A stretch of DNA of 12,637 nt from an uncultured bacterium (GTDB lineage: Bacteria > Auribacterota > Tritonobacteria > UBA1439). Every line of letters begins with the position of its first letter. Within the stretch, counting starts at the first letter, position 1. The notes below the pieces were generated by a model. It was not told where the DNA came from. It was given only the letters and a program-made list of their open reading frames with translations, and made no database searches. The stretch is taken from contig CAYWRA010000007.1 of NCBI GenBank assembly GCA_964460305.1, positions 33,631-46,267 on the forward strand, in the 5' to 3' direction. Both the position numbers and the translations under genes were made by a program. This document shows, piece after piece, positions 12,570-12,637 of the stretch.

Positions 12570-12636
12570 ACCAAGCTGCCTCCTTAGTGCTCTGGGTCAT
12601 AAGTTCGGTGACGTATTTTACGCCGCCGTTGCCACT
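12553..12636 (-). CDS. Possible 3' end of an upstream minus-strand gene entering from beyond the window (...SGNGGVKYVTELMTQSTKEAAWYGSAV*)
   Basis: 27 codons are open from the window edge to a TAA at 12553-12555. This is far too short to distinguish from a chance open frame in GC-rich DNA. Confidence 0.15.
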   Translation of the reverse strand, partial: SGNGGVKYVTELMTQSTKEAAWYGSAV

Positions 12637-12637
12637 A

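Overview
High-GC bacterial window in which all nine confident genes are on the minus strand; the likely source is an anaerobe such as a Desulfobacterota- or Firmicutes-like metagenomic contig. Reading in transcription direction (high to low coordinate): (1) a five-gene molybdenum-hydroxylase cluster. It has a xanthine-dehydrogenase-family Mo-binding large subunit (10027-12303), a [2Fe-2S] subunit (9269-9736) and an FAD-binding subunit (8409-9272). Next is an 836-aa YgfK-like fusion of a GltD/PreT-like flavoprotein, a dihydropyrimidine/dihydroorotate-dehydrogenase-like TIM barrel and a ferredoxin (5851-8361). Last is an SsnA-family aminohydrolase (4390-5739). This is the gene set of the predicted but biochemically unassigned selenium-dependent molybdenum hydroxylase (SDMH) neighbourhood, E. 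coli ygfK-ssnA-ygfM-xdhD, in a different order and with XdhD split into three subunits. (2) A membrane module follows: a Ste24-like M48 zinc metallopeptidase (2848-4122), translationally coupled (ATGA) to a small DUF486/DMT-type membrane protein (2387-2851), then an SPFH/band-7 protein (1397-2260). (3) A 3'-truncated secreted MBL-fold hydrolase with a lamin-tail domain (2-1081) is absent from the ORF track because it runs off the window; it has a clear extended -10 promoter. The intergenic spacers are unusually structured. A conserved twin-hairpin element (TCCCRAAGGGAYCCCSTYGGGR) occurs three times, each just downstream of a stop codon. The M48 leader carries a (GGGAUUU)n heptamer array. There is a 12-bp perfect inverted repeat, a roughly 140-bp imperfect palindrome and three TCCGCG repeats phased at exactly 10 bp. 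The operon leader carries 15-bp tandem repeats. No tRNA/rRNA, CRISPR array or obvious mobile element was seen. The long plus-strand ORFs in the track are antisense shadows of the minus-strand genes in GC-rich DNA.
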